Source of the DNA: Podarcis melisellensis
Taxonomy: Eukaryota
Assembly: GCA_964234715.1 (NCBI GenBank)
Contig: OZ174275.1
Direction: 5' to 3' (one strand)
Length of the DNA: 64,000 bases
How positions within the stretch are numbered: position 1 is the stretch's first letter; each line of letters starts with the position of its first letter. The notes beneath the pieces are model-generated. The model was not told where the DNA came from, ran no database searches, and saw only the letters and a program-made list of their open reading frames with translations. The translations under genes and the position numbers were made by a program. Below, piece after piece: positions 54,101 to 64,000 of this stretch.

Positions 54101-56706
54101 GCTGCACAGGTAAATGAGGATTTGTTTTATTTTTAAGTTATAGAAGAGCATGTATGTATAGTATGTATAGTTACCATAATCTCTTCAGGATTTTTGAGAG
54201 AAAGATGGAACGTTTTGAGGAAAAAACAGGTGGCAGCTTTGGCCCTTTGTCTCAATGCTTGGGAGGGTTTTAAAGATACCAGTTATTGATCTTGTTAGTG
54301 CAAAACATTGACCATAAATAACGTGGGTCAATTGCATTAACACAACTACAAACCACAAGCAGCTAAGTGAGCTGGTCTTCAGTTTGTTTCCCACTGTGGT
54401 AAGGGCAGTTGAGAAATGGGGACTCTGTGTGCACCAATTTGCATCTTGTACACAAGCTAACTACCTAATATATGAACAATTGTAAACTGTTCTGTGAATA
54501 TTTGTTAAACTAAATGAAAGTTTTACAACCTACATGTCACTACTCGTTTTGGTCTGGCCACAAAATAGGATGCTTCCAGGTGTCCTCAAACTTGCCCTAA
54601 CTGGCATACCTCTTGCATAATTTTTGGGTCCTGTGTCTTCAGAATACAAAAATAGTAGGTGTTGGGCACAGATACCATGTGTAAATTAAGAGTGTTGTTT
54701 TCCCCCTTTGAAATAACTTATTTTGAGATGAAGCTCTGCATTTCATGGTTAAAGGTCCTTCCCATTTTTATTTCTAAATTTTAAGGGGAATACAAAGTAC
54801 TTACCTGATTTGTTCTACTACAGACAGTTGGCAACACATATGGCAATTTCTCATTGGCGACCATGTTCCCCAGGAGGGAATTTACCAAAGATGATTATGG
54901 GAAAAAATTAGTGGACCTGGAACTTGCCCCAAGTGCTTCCGTAGTATTGTTGCCGGTAAGTGTGCTTTATGGAAAAGATTATTCAAATTGTGCCATGAAC
55001 TGTTTTACAACAATTCAATATTACTTCTTGGAATAACCTCGTGTATTTATGGAGTTTCTTCTAGTTTATGGAAACTTCTTCCAGTTTTCAGTCCTGTTTG
55101 TTTTGTATCTTCAAACAGGCAGGAAGGCCAGCAACAGCAGTTGTCCAGTCTTCCAGTGGAGATTTTTGGAGATTCCTGGGTACTATCCTTTATCCACTCA
55201 TAGCTGTTTGGCGATTTATTAGCAACTTCCTGTTTACGAATCCTCCTCCTTCCCAGCCTACTGCAAGACCTCATCAGCAGGATCACTCAAACCCTTCAGC
55301 ATCGAACACTGCAGAATCAAGCAGGTAAGACTGACAAGTGCTCTTAAATTATTGTTTTTCACTACCTTTTCTCAGGAGTCCTTTGGTAGATGCAAGGGCT
55401 GGGAGAAAGACAGGGTTTTCCCTTGTTTAGGCTGGGATACAAAGAAACTCCACATGAATAACTAACATGTCAGTGGCTCAAACTGGCTTCTATGGACAGG
55501 ATACCATGTTGTAATCCAAATCTACTTTTTGATGGGCAATTACAAATCGCAGTGTAGGGGATAAGCAATAAGAATACACAATGTGTTGCATGCTCCCTGG
55601 CCATCTTCGCTTGGTAGGGTTTCTTTCTGAAACAGCAGTTTGGATTTCCATGACAGCTGCTGCCAGAAAGATACAGTGGTGCCTCGCAAGACGAAATTAA
55701 TTCGTTCCGCAAGTTTTTTCTTCTTGCGAGTTTTTCGTCTTGCGAAGCACGGTTTCCCATAGGAATGCACTGAAAATCAATCAATGCGTTCCTATGGAGA
55801 CCGTCCGGGGACAGAGGGGAAGTGCCGCGCGCCTTCCCCTCTGTCCCCGGACTTGTTTTAAAGCAAGGGAAGGGGCAGCGGGGAGAAGCGATTCTCCCCG
55901 CTGCTCCTTCCCTTGGTTCAAAAGGGGTCCGGGGACAGAGGGGAAGGCGCGCGGCACTTCCCCTCTGTCCCCGGAGATTGCGGGGCTGGCAACGGGGAGA
56001 AGCGATCTTCTCCCCGTCACCCCTTGCTTCAAAAGAGGTCCGCTTCCCCGCAATCCCCGGAGCTTGCGGGGCAAGCTTCGTTTTGCAAAGCAAGCCCATA
56101 GGGAAATGCGTCTTGCGAAGCGGCTAAGAAAACGAAAAACTCCTTCGTCTAGCGAGTTTTTCGTCTTCCGAGGCGTTCGTCTTGCGGGGTACCACTGTAG
56201 TTTCTGAAATGCATCCAGAAGCATTTAAGATTACATTTTGTGGATGTGCCAAATTAATATCACCATGAGCCAGGAAGTGATGGCCTGGAACCGGCAGCAA
56301 ACATGTCAGTGCACTATAGTCATTCATAGGTGACGTTCCCTCTGTTCTTCAGCTGAATCCACTCTAGGGTGCATTTTGAAAGAAATAAAAATTACCTTTT
56401 GTACATTGAAAGGGGTATTAATGTGAACTGAATCAAATTGTCCAGTTACTTCTGGGTGGAGGGATGCTAGAATTGAATCAGGAGCTGAATGAATGGTACC
56501 TTCTGATGTCTAGAAAACATTGCCACTGTAGGGATTTAATCTTGAACTGCATTATTTCTTTATTTAGACAAGCAGTCAGGAAACGAGTATTGGAAAAGCG
56601 GGGTGAAGAATTCAAAAAAGAAGGCAAAATCTATAGACTGAGAACTCAGGATGATGGAGAAGATGATAACAATACTTGGAATGGAAATTCAACCCAACAG
56701 ATGTAG
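38760..56706 (+). CDS. UBXN4: UBX domain-containing protein 4 (erasin), complete spliced CDS, 13 exons, 1488 nt / 495 aa
   Basis: MLWFPGTIPAAIAAAK... N-terminus, coiled coil, UBX domain (ARIQFRLPDG...MFPRREF), hydrophobic membrane segment, C-terminal ...NTWNGNSTQQM*; all junctions in frame. Confidence 0.96.
39315..39462 (+). mobile_element. SINE with tRNA-Lys(CTT)-derived head and CR1-like 3' tail
   Basis: CTCAGTCG...GAGACTCATAATCCCAGG...GAGCCCCACGTTGG matches tRNA-Lys-CTT; tail shared with the 27411 element. Confidence 0.7.
41311..41446. mobile_element. Palindromic hAT (Charlie/Buster-type) MITE with perfect 8-bp TSD GTTTAGTG
   Basis: Perfect inverted arms of about 58 bp starting CAGTGTTTCCCAACC; TSD at 41303-41310 and 41447-41454. 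Confidence 0.9.
42346..42596. mobile_element. hAT MITE, TIR CAGGCATGTCCAAC/GTTGGACATCCCTG
   Basis: TSD GGCTGAAA/GGCTAAAA. Confidence 0.7.
43880..44176 (+). mobile_element. Probable RTE-related retroelement/SINE fragment
   Basis: TTTGGCACCAG...GCAGGAGTTGC block recalled from RTE 5' regions; GC-richer than its flanks; family not verified. Confidence 0.4.
45491..45593 (+). CDS. UBXN4: UBXN4 exon 2 (GDDEQSIEMAASWE...KIDTQ)
   Basis: cag|, |gtttg. Confidence 0.92.
45939..46074. mobile_element. Palindromic hAT MITE with perfect 8-bp TSD GCTTAACT
   Basis: TSD at 45931-45938 and 46075-46082. Confidence 0.9.
46378..46406 (+). CDS. UBXN4: UBXN4 exon 3 (SEACLQFSQI), 29 nt
   Basis: cag|, U12-type donor |GTATCCTT. 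Confidence 0.9.
47263..47582 (+). mobile_element. Sauria SINE (Squam1) with 11-bp TSD TACCAATGACA
   Basis: Diagnostic core GCAAGTAGATAAATAGGTACCGC...GCTGGCCACATGACC; TSD at 47252-47262 and 47583-47593. Confidence 0.88.
48333..48451 (+). CDS. UBXN4: UBXN4 exon 4 (YPVVCVPSSFFIG...HKVKQ)
   Basis: tag|, |gtaag. Confidence 0.93.
48833..49029. mobile_element. TA-flanked pogo/Tigger-type MITE (197 bp)
   Basis: TA|CAGTGGTACCTC ... GAGGTGCTACTG|TA. Confidence 0.72.
49900..50038 (+). CDS. UBXN4: UBXN4 exon 5 (MHTLKNE... variable linker)
   Basis: tag|, |gtaagt; phase 0 to 1. Confidence 0.85.
50686..50773 (+). CDS. UBXN4: UBXN4 exon 6 (GEVNLDQ...DDLTAKVER)
   Basis: aag|, |gtgtg; supplies the required phase 1 to 2 and the DLxxxVER motif. 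Confidence 0.82.
51829..51883 (+). CDS. UBXN4: UBXN4 exon 7 (VTKKLEERREEKKKEEEQ)
   Basis: tag|, |gtaga. Confidence 0.92.
52153..52510 (-). mobile_element. Sauria SINE (Squam1), full length
   Basis: Reverse complement of the 47263 element; (TTTACC)n tail; box B GGTTCGAATTCC on minus. Confidence 0.88.
52550..52714 (+). CDS. UBXN4: UBXN4 exon 8 (KEIKKEVERRK...KQQIQM)
   Basis: cag|, |gtaagt. Confidence 0.93.
53492..53619 (+). CDS. UBXN4: UBXN4 exon 9 (DRVERAARFA...QRER)
   Basis: aag|, |gtgaa. Confidence 0.92.
54007..54109 (+). CDS. UBXN4: UBXN4 exon 10 (UBX domain: ARIQFRLPDGSSFTN...)
   Basis: tag|, |gtaaa. Confidence 0.94.
54824..54955 (+). CDS. UBXN4: UBXN4 exon 11 (UBX domain FPR loop)
   Basis: cag|, |gtaag. 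Confidence 0.94.
55119..55324 (+). CDS. UBXN4: UBXN4 exon 12 (membrane segment FLGTILYPLIAVWRFISNFLF)
   Basis: cag|, |gtaag. Confidence 0.92.
55674..56197 (+). mobile_element. Complete TA-flanked pogo/Tigger-type MITE (524 bp) with internal hairpin repeats
   Basis: TA|CAGTGGTGCCTCGCAAGACGAA ... TTCGTCTTGCGGGGTACCACTG|TA. Confidence 0.85.
56568..56706 (+). CDS. UBXN4: UBXN4 exon 13 (...NTWNGNSTQQM*)
   Basis: tag|, TAG stop. Confidence 0.94.
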
Positions 56707-57138
56707 TTTTTATGAGTAAACTGTGCATAGTAATCATTGATTTTTCCCTTTGATTTAGTTTAATCCTTCTGCTGCACAGGTGGGCTTGTATGAGTATGCT
56801 GCCTGCATTATGCCATATTCCTGTCATAGCACATGGAATAAGGTGTTAATTGTGTAGCTGGATACTGCAACTGTAACTACTGCCAAAAGCTCAAAGAATG
56901 TAAAAAAATCCCCATCTTCCATCAGCTTTCAGAATTTCATACTAACAAGCCCTGTTGTCCTCTGAAGGCACTTTTTAATCTATATAAATCTTGGAACAAA
57001 TCAGAAGCCCAGATTAAAACAAGAGAGTCTGACTAGCAGAAGCATAATACCTTGCAAATTGGATAACTTATTTTTTCCCCATTTAGTGCTTCTGCAACTA
57101 CAAGACTATACTGGTAGTTTTTAATCTCAGAGCATTCA

Positions 57139-57144
57139 AATAAA
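57139..57144 (+). terminator. Probable UBXN4 polyadenylation signal
   Basis: First AATAAA after the stop; GT/T-rich sequence downstream. Confidence 0.6.
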
Positions 57145-57236
57145 GGTTTTCAAAAAAAGAAGTCGTCTGTATGTTCCTTATTTAGAAGTTCTCTGATACC
57201 AACTTGACACTTTGCAATATGTTATCAACTTGTTCA

Positions 57237-57242
57237 TTTATT
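57237..57242 (-). terminator. Probable LCT polyadenylation signal
   Basis: TTTATT on plus (AATAAA on minus) about 310 nt beyond the LCT stop. Confidence 0.55.
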
Positions 57243-57552
57243 TTAAAATTGTCCCCACCCCTTATTCCCAGGGTGAACTGCACATAACAATTCAAGCAAT
57301 AAAAATATTAACGTCAACAATAGGTATTAAAATCAGTGCTTTTTTTCAGGGAGTATTCAAGGGTACGCAGTACCAGCACCTCTTCTTGTTGTTTAAAAAG
57401 TATAGCACTTACTGTAACAACTTCATGCTGAGTACCGGCACCTATTTTTTCTAGAAAAAAAGCACTGATTAAAATAATTGTGTGTCTGTTCTAAACATGG
57501 GCAGAAGAAAAAACTATCGCATGATAAACTAATTAAACGCAAGCTGCAGTAT

Positions 57553-57764
57553 TTAAAAACTTTTTTGGCTGGCTTTTTTGGTCCTTTTTCTATATAGATA
57601 TGAAAAAAGAGCAATGCCTAGCACAGACATTAAGAATAGGGAAAAGAGCACATAAAGGCCTACTTCTGCATTAGACAAAGTCAAGTCCAGTCCCAAAAAC
57701 TTCACCTTCATGGCTGAATTGTCGATAGGCCGAGTAGTGCTGCTTGTTGGCGCCATAGTAGTAC
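57553..57764 (-). CDS. LCT: LCT terminal coding exon (stalk, TM helix, ...KKASQKSF*)
   Basis: ctag| acceptor on minus; hydrophobic [23 protein letters not shown]. Confidence 0.92.
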
Positions 57765-60700
57765 CTAGAAATGTAAGTGAAATTCACATGAATGACACTA
57801 TGAGCAGGGAGTTCTGATAACCCCTCATTTAAATCTTTTTTACTTGCTTCTCCAGCCTTCCAGAATACATCAGGCCATTCGGGCAACTTTTCTGTAAAAA
57901 TCTAGACTAAATCATTTAAGGACATTACACTAAAGATTTTTTTTTACAACTTCTGTTACCATATACCACCTTACTTTCCAGAATCAGATGTCATTAAAAC
58001 GATATGCAAGTTTTCTATAAAAGCAAAGTTAAAAGTTTTAAACATTTAGGTTATTTTTACTGTACCACTTCATGGATTTTCCTAACTCATCAATTAGTAA
58101 TTTACTTACCTCCAGATTGTGACTCAAGGCACAAATGAGGCCCAGTGGCTGGATCTGGAAAGCCATTACACCGGATGATAGATGAATAATATTTTGAAGA
58201 CTCCTTTGGAATTCTGGATAGATTTGGGTCTGTAAAGTTGGTGTAATACAACCCAAATCTTTCAGCAAAGCCCACTGCCCATTCAAAATTATCCATCAGG
58301 CTCCATACAGTGTAGCCTCGCAGATCAACACCATCAAGTACAATTCCTGTTAAGGTGGGGGGCGGGGGAGAAGAGTTTTAAAATGCAGCCCTATACATGC
58401 TTACACTATAATGATCAACAGGGAGTGAAAACCAAAGACCCCTTATTAACACTAGGTGCCTTACATAAGTATCCATTCCTAACAGAGATTGGCTGCATCT
58501 TAAAAATCCCAAATTCCTTTTGTATCCACAATCTGGATGATCAAAAAGTCGTCAATGGATTTTTTCCCTCACGTCTTCATATTTACTGGTGATGACAATA
58601 ATGAAACCAGATAGTGGTAACCATTTTAGAGGACTTAATCCGGAGTAAGAGTATGATCTTGTGTCAATGGGAATTAAGCAACATATTCTGTTTTGATTCT
58701 GCAGACTAGTCTTTCACCCCTGAAGTCAATAGAAAGTGGAAGTCCTGGGGCAGCTCCAGAAGACATGTTAGCTCCCACACTAGAAACCAGTCTTGCTTTC
58801 TGCCCAGCCCTATGCAGATACAGCCACAGAAGGGCCTTACCACCAACTCTGTTGCAAGGAATGCAGGGCAGGGCAGAGGATCACAGATCAATTTTAATCC
58901 ATGTGTCACAAACATTTGGAGGGTGATTTGGAACCATGCAGAGAGGAAACCACGTACCTTTTAAAGCTTCATTGATGTAACTCCTTAAGTAGTGTATTCT
59001 CCAAGTATCATTGAAACCCCCATCTATACGCTCTGAAATCCCATTCTCGGTCACATAAATAGGTGGGTCATTGTATTCTTCCTTGATCCACTTCAGGAGC
59101 CTCCTGAAGCCAAAAGGGGTCACCTTCAACCAAAAGGAACCAGAGCCCAGCCAGCTGCGGTCTGTTATAGAGGCAACACCCCTGCAAAAAAGAACATGAT
59201 AATAATGTGGGAAAAGGTTTTTTGTATTGATCCGTTAAAGTCAGCTAGACATCAACCATGAAGACTGGTCAGCAGTAACCTCTTTTGTTGGGGGCTTAAG
59301 TGTGATGCAGTGTGCAATGCACTGGGTTTAGAGAGGAAAATGGATGCTCGGCCTTAAAACTTTCTAGTAGATCACCAACTTGATGCCCTCCAAATGTTTT
59401 GGTATACAATTTCCATCAGCTGCAGCCAGCCCAACCAAGATTATTAGGCACAGAGTGAAAGCACAGATTCCAGAAAAGTATGCATGCTTTGATGCAGCAT
59501 GAAGTCATGCTCACATCTTACCTATCAGCATCGTAGGATGTAAAGAGAGAAGAATAGTTTAAGTTGGATGCCAATACTGTTGTATAGTGGTTCAAACCAA
59601 AGAAGTCAAAGGTGCCTTTAATCCTCTGCTTTTCACTTTCAGTAAATTCAGGGAGTCTGCAACACACACAAAATGGAAGAGAGGCTCACATAGATGCATT
59701 TAACAAAAGGGAAAGCTTCAATTATCATCATACTTACTTTTTTAAAGAATAGGGCACTGTCATTCAGAATGAAAGTACTGTTTTTAAAAGCAACTGCTGG
59801 TAGCTGGAAATTTTAACATGAACAGTAATGATGACCACATGTACTTCACCTTATTCAAAGCGCAGGTACTCTAAAAGACTAGTCCCCTGCTTTGTCTCAA
59901 TCACTACCCTTTCCTGCTCCCTTGCTGTACTACAGTATTACAGGCTCTGAACATACCCTGGATGGAGGAGAAGGAACTTTCAATATAGGGTGGTTCTGTT
60001 TCAAGGGGAGTTTACCCACAACTGTGCTTTAGCTGCTGAATGCCTGCGGCATTAAGCGAAGAGGGCAGTGCACACCAGGAGGAAAGCAGCAGTAGAGGAA
60101 AACCACTTTGGGGAGGGTAGATTTGTTCTTGGACACAGCCAGGGTGGCCCTTCAAAATGTGTGGTTTATTTTTATTTCAACAGTTTAGAAAGAATCGCTT
60201 CTAAGTGACATGAGCCAACAGTATGGACTGCCCGTGGTTGTGGTCCAGCTGCTGCAGTTAGTCCTGCCAGACACTTACCTCGATTGGCCGGCACTTCTCT
60301 CTTGTATCCTCCTTTTCATCACCTCACTATAGTCACCGTTTCTGAAGATAGGGTGAGCAAACCAACCAGCAAAGAACTACAACAGGGAAATAAAAAGGGA
60401 TGCTTATTAAGCAACGCTTTGGCAACAGGTCTCTTGGCTGAACCAATAATTACCAGTTCGTCAGACTGACCCAAAAGGCAAAGTCTCATCCCTGTCTCCA
60501 AGTGTCTGTTTTTAAAGGATAGTGCAACACCCCCAAGGTATCCAAACAATGGCAGCTGACTGGTCAGATGAAATATGGTGCCCAAGGATCAACACCTTGG
60601 GTCCTTTAGAAGGATTGACATCTTGTTTTGCTGAGTCTCTGAAGCAGAGTTAATACAAGAGCCTGCCAGAGGAGGCTAAAGGCCCCCCTAGTCCAGCACT

Positions 60701-63174
60701 CTGTCCCCATAGAAGCCGCAAAGGGAAACCTGTGAGCAGAACCTGAGTGCAATAGCACTCTTCCCAGCAACTGGTACACAGAGGTTTACTGCCTCTGACA
60801 GTGGAGGAGTTCTGTAAGACAAGTGTGTTAGGTCACACCTGGCCTTTGCAATACAGCGTTGCTCCAGGTGGAAAAAGGCCTGCAAGGCAGGACGTATGCA
60901 TGCACAGCTTAGCTGCACGGAAGTGGAAGCAAGGTCAATCTGGGCACCATAGGCGGGAGCCCTATGTGGATGGGGGGGGGGGGGAGAGGGATACACACAC
61001 ACACACACACACCTCCAATCATGCCAAGACTGATCATTTATTCATTGACTGGGGGCCTGGCTGGTACACCTTCAGGAGCTAGTCCATACCTTCTTGATAG
61101 CTTCTTCATGTGTTTGGTACCTACAGCTACCAAATGTCTGAGCAGAGGTTTTGTGTCTGCTCTTTCTCTAATTGGAAGAGCACATACCCATTAGTGTAGT
61201 CCTGGCTACTGCAAAGCTGGCAAAGGTGCTATACCGCAGACACTGCCCTAAGGAAGTGAAAGCAGGGTGTGTGGCTAAAATGTACAGATGTGGGTCGCTA
61301 TGGAGTCATCACATTACCTGGACATATCTCCTGGCAGCGTCGAGGTCCTCCTGCTTGGCAGGGTTCTTGGGTTCAGCCCACTCTACGCTGATGGAAAGAG
61401 AGATCAATCCTCCTTGCTTTGGGCGGTATGTTTCATTGTAAAGATGCCAGACCTCTGCGTGGGCCTTGATCAAGTTGTGGCCCACTATGTAAGGGGCTCG
61501 GCCTGGTCTGGCAGAGATGCCTAAGAAGACAACATGATTGGAAGTGCGTTATTCTGCAGCACTGGACTCAGCTGAAGCAGCAATTAATGGTGCATTTTGA
61601 TAGCGTTTCTCAATAGTTCTAGGCAATTTGGCTTTCAACCAGGAGACACCTTCAAGAACGGCATCAGATTGTCTCCCACTTTCACTGGGCATCTATCACA
61701 AAGCTGTGTTCTCACAAATAACCACATAAGTTCAGATCACCAGTGTCCTTTGGTTCTGCAGAGCATTGCTCTTGCCAGTCAGAACCTACACCTTACCTGG
61801 AGCTGAGACTCCATAACCGTAACCAATGTTAGCAATGGCATAGGGCTCATTCAAGGTTATCCAGAATTTCACCTTCTCTCCAAATCTTTGGAAAAGGATC
61901 TCCGCGTAATCTTTAAATTTCTGGATTATAGTCTCATTTTCCCACCCTCCAACATCTTGAAGGGCCTGAGGTAGGTCCCAGTGGTACATAGTTACCTAGA
62001 GATGGAGACAAGACATTCACAAACATCTGCCATTTTGTCAAAATAACCAACCATCAAATTGTAGTAGGAAACAGGGGCAATTGGGGGGGGGGGGACATAC
62101 AAAAGTAAAGCTAAATGTGAAGCTTGTCCATTATTTAACTATTAGGCACAGTCAGCCATTTTATGCAGATCTACCACATGTAACTTCAACAATTCCTGGA
62201 TTGCAATGGTTAGAAAGCAAACTAGTTCCAGAAAACACGTGAGGATTAGCAATACCTTTTACAAGGCTATCAAGACTTTGAACGTAGCATCTTCAGTTCT
62301 CCCTTTCCCTGAACCCTCATTCAGTCAAGGAAAACGAGAATCAAGAAAGGAGTACAATATGGGATGTATTTCAGAAGTTCTTGCGGCATGACCTGGAAGG
62401 TGTAACACAGATGGGACCTGCCATGCCTAATGGTGTCTAGAAAAAGGCTACAATTTGGGAGCGGAAGACGAATGCCTGATGAAAGTTTATTCTACTTCCT
62501 TGTGGATACTTGGTAGAAATCCAATGCAGAAACTTAGATTTCTGGAGCAAAGACACTGCAGCTTCTGCTCTCTTAAAAACCAAGGCAGATTTCATAACTG
62601 TTAAGTCCTATATAAACACCCTGAGCCCACATTATCTTCTGCACAACTTTAAAATAGGTAGAGCTTATAAGCGACTTCTCTGATTAGAATATGGCAGCAT
62701 GCATTTGTGTCAGCCTCTATGAAATGGCCTCTGACCATTTAACACAAGCTAATTGAAGATGTCTGAGAATTAAAGATATTGCCAGGTTCTACAGTGAACA
62801 CTGATAAACATAATCTAATTAAAAACCAGACTGGTAACGTATGTTACACCTGTTCCCCTGCGTGCAGAGCTCCAATCATTTACCTGAGGCTGGATATTGG
62901 CCGCAAGGAGAGCATCCACAAGCCTTTCATAGTATTTCAGGCCAGCTTCATTTATGTACTTGGTGGTCCCATCGGGGAGAATGCGAGTCCAGGAGATGGA
63001 AAAGCGATAATGAGTCACCTGGAGGTCCTTCAGAATAGCCAAGTCTGCCTCCATCTTGTGGTAGCTGTCGCAAGCTACATCTCCATTTTCATCGTTGCTG
63101 ATTTTCAAAGGCGTATGTGCAAACTGGTCCCAAATGCTGAGACCTTTCCCATCCGCTCTCCATGCCCCTTCGAT
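57553..63174 (-). CDS. LCT: Lactase-phlorizin hydrolase, 5'-partial spliced CDS (last 8 coding exons, 532 aa: GH1 domain IV, TM helix, cytoplasmic tail)
   Basis: GH1 motifs [36 protein letters not shown]; C-terminal TM; synteny with UBXN4 and R3HDM1. Confidence 0.95.
58110..58346 (-). CDS. LCT: LCT exon ([23 protein letters not shown]...ESQSG)
   Basis: GT-AG, in frame. Confidence 0.94.
58958..59181 (-). CDS. LCT: LCT exon with catalytic nucleophile (IYVTENG)
   Basis: GT-AG, in frame. Confidence 0.95.
59522..59656 (-). CDS. LCT: LCT exon ([26 protein letters not shown]...YDADR)
   Basis: GT-AG, in frame. Confidence 0.93.
60279..60376 (-). CDS. LCT: LCT exon ([33 protein letters not shown])
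   Basis: GT-AG, in frame. Confidence 0.92.
60653..60807 (-). mobile_element. Decayed CR1-type LINE 3' fragment
   Basis: Resembles the recalled squamate CR1 end (...CTAGTCCAGCA...CCAGCAACTGGTA...). Confidence 0.4.
61318..61520 (-). CDS. LCT: LCT exon ([28 protein letters not shown]...RRYVQ)
   Basis: GT-AG, in frame. Confidence 0.94.
61797..61995 (-). CDS. LCT: LCT exon with acid/base motif ([10 protein letters not shown]...WITLNEP)
   Basis: GT-AG, in frame. Confidence 0.95.
62884..63174 (-). CDS. LCT: LCT exon ([16 protein letters not shown]...AANIQPQ)
   Basis: GT-AG, in frame; the upstream exon lies beyond the window. Confidence 0.94.
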
Positions 63175-63239
63175 CTTTAAGGAAACAAACATTTCTCACA
63201 TTTGTATCCCAGCTCAAGGAAACATACATGCCCCAGCCT

Positions 63240-63545
63240 CGGTTTTTATCCTCACAACAACCTTGTGGAAGTAGGTTGGGCTGAGAGCGACTAGGCAAAG
63301 GTTGCCCAGTGAGTTTCACGGCTGAGTAGGAATCTGAACCAGGGTCTCGCCAACCTTAGCCCACTATTTTAATCCAGGCTTCCCCAACACGGTGCCCTCC
63401 AGATGTTTTGGACTACAACTTCCTCAGCCACAAGCTGACTGGCCAATGGTCAGGGATGCTAGGAGTTGTAGACCAAAATATCTGGAGGGCAACAGCTTGG
63501 GGGGGGGGAGGAGGCAGCTCTAACCACTACATCACCCTGGCTCTC
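63240..63545 (-). mobile_element. Squam3/MIR-like SINE interrupted by a hAT MITE (63375-63517)
   Basis: TCCTCACAACAACC...GGCTGAGAG core and ...TAACCACTACATCACCCTGGCTCTC head, split by the MITE. Confidence 0.7.
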
Positions 63546-64000
63546 ACCCCAGTGATTCACCATCATCAAGGTCCCCAAACCTGACAGCATTCAGCTTGCT
63601 TAGTCGGCATATTATTCACAAAATGAAGGTTTAGGATAGCTTCCACCAAACAAGCAACCGTCTACCAATAGATTACCTAAACCTAGAGTTTCATTCATGT
63701 GGTCTGCAGCATGACGGCAAATCTGTGGTTGAAGACTCACACATCCATGCCATTAAATCCTTATTTGCATTTTTATTGCTTCTTGTTGCTCCTTTTATTT
63801 CTTATATATTTATATATTACGGAATTCAAATTTCAGTACAATAAAATATGACAGGTAAGGAACAAAAGAAGCAATTAAACAGCAATTAAGTATCATACAG
63901 CATCTAGCACAGTGCATTGCAATTTTCACCACAAGCAGAAAAATCATTAAGCTGCTCTGCAATTTTTTGAGTGGTCCGGTGGGTGGGGACCAACTGACCT

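Noticed and set aside
55470-56224. 100-209 aa ORFs as possible transposase
   Set aside because: They lie within a 524-bp non-autonomous element; no HTH or DDE/D motifs.
56720-56725. miR-128 6mer in the UBXN4 3'UTR
   Set aside because: Only a 6mer and within about 15 nt of the stop codon; expected by chance.

Overview
Vertebrate (squamate, probably lacertid lizard, inferred from Sauria/Squam-type SINEs) genomic DNA carrying the conserved block R3HDM1(+, 5' exons outside the window; 22 coding exons traced in frame, 1027 aa) with intronic miR-128-1, the complete 13-exon UBXN4 (+, 495 aa, CpG-island promoter, one U12-type intron) and the last 8 coding exons of LCT (lactase-phlorizin hydrolase domain IV plus TM anchor, - strand), which converges tail-to-tail on UBXN4. 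Introns hold many non-autonomous mobile elements: TA-flanked Tc1/mariner-pogo-type MITEs (one swollen by a 60-bp hairpin tandem array), palindromic hAT MITEs with nnnTAnnn target duplications, Sauria SINEs and tRNA-headed SINEs with a CR1-like tail. Most ORFs in the supplied track are exon fragments or repeat-derived noise. No clearly novel protein system was found. The best leads are regulatory: miR-128 seed sites in its own host mRNA, a candidate poison exon right after the R3H exon, an RBFOX-flanked cassette exon, inverted SINEs around an in-frame UBXN4 exon block, and modular SINE/MITE architectures. All coordinates were read by eye; gene and repeat names come from recalled homology, not database searches.
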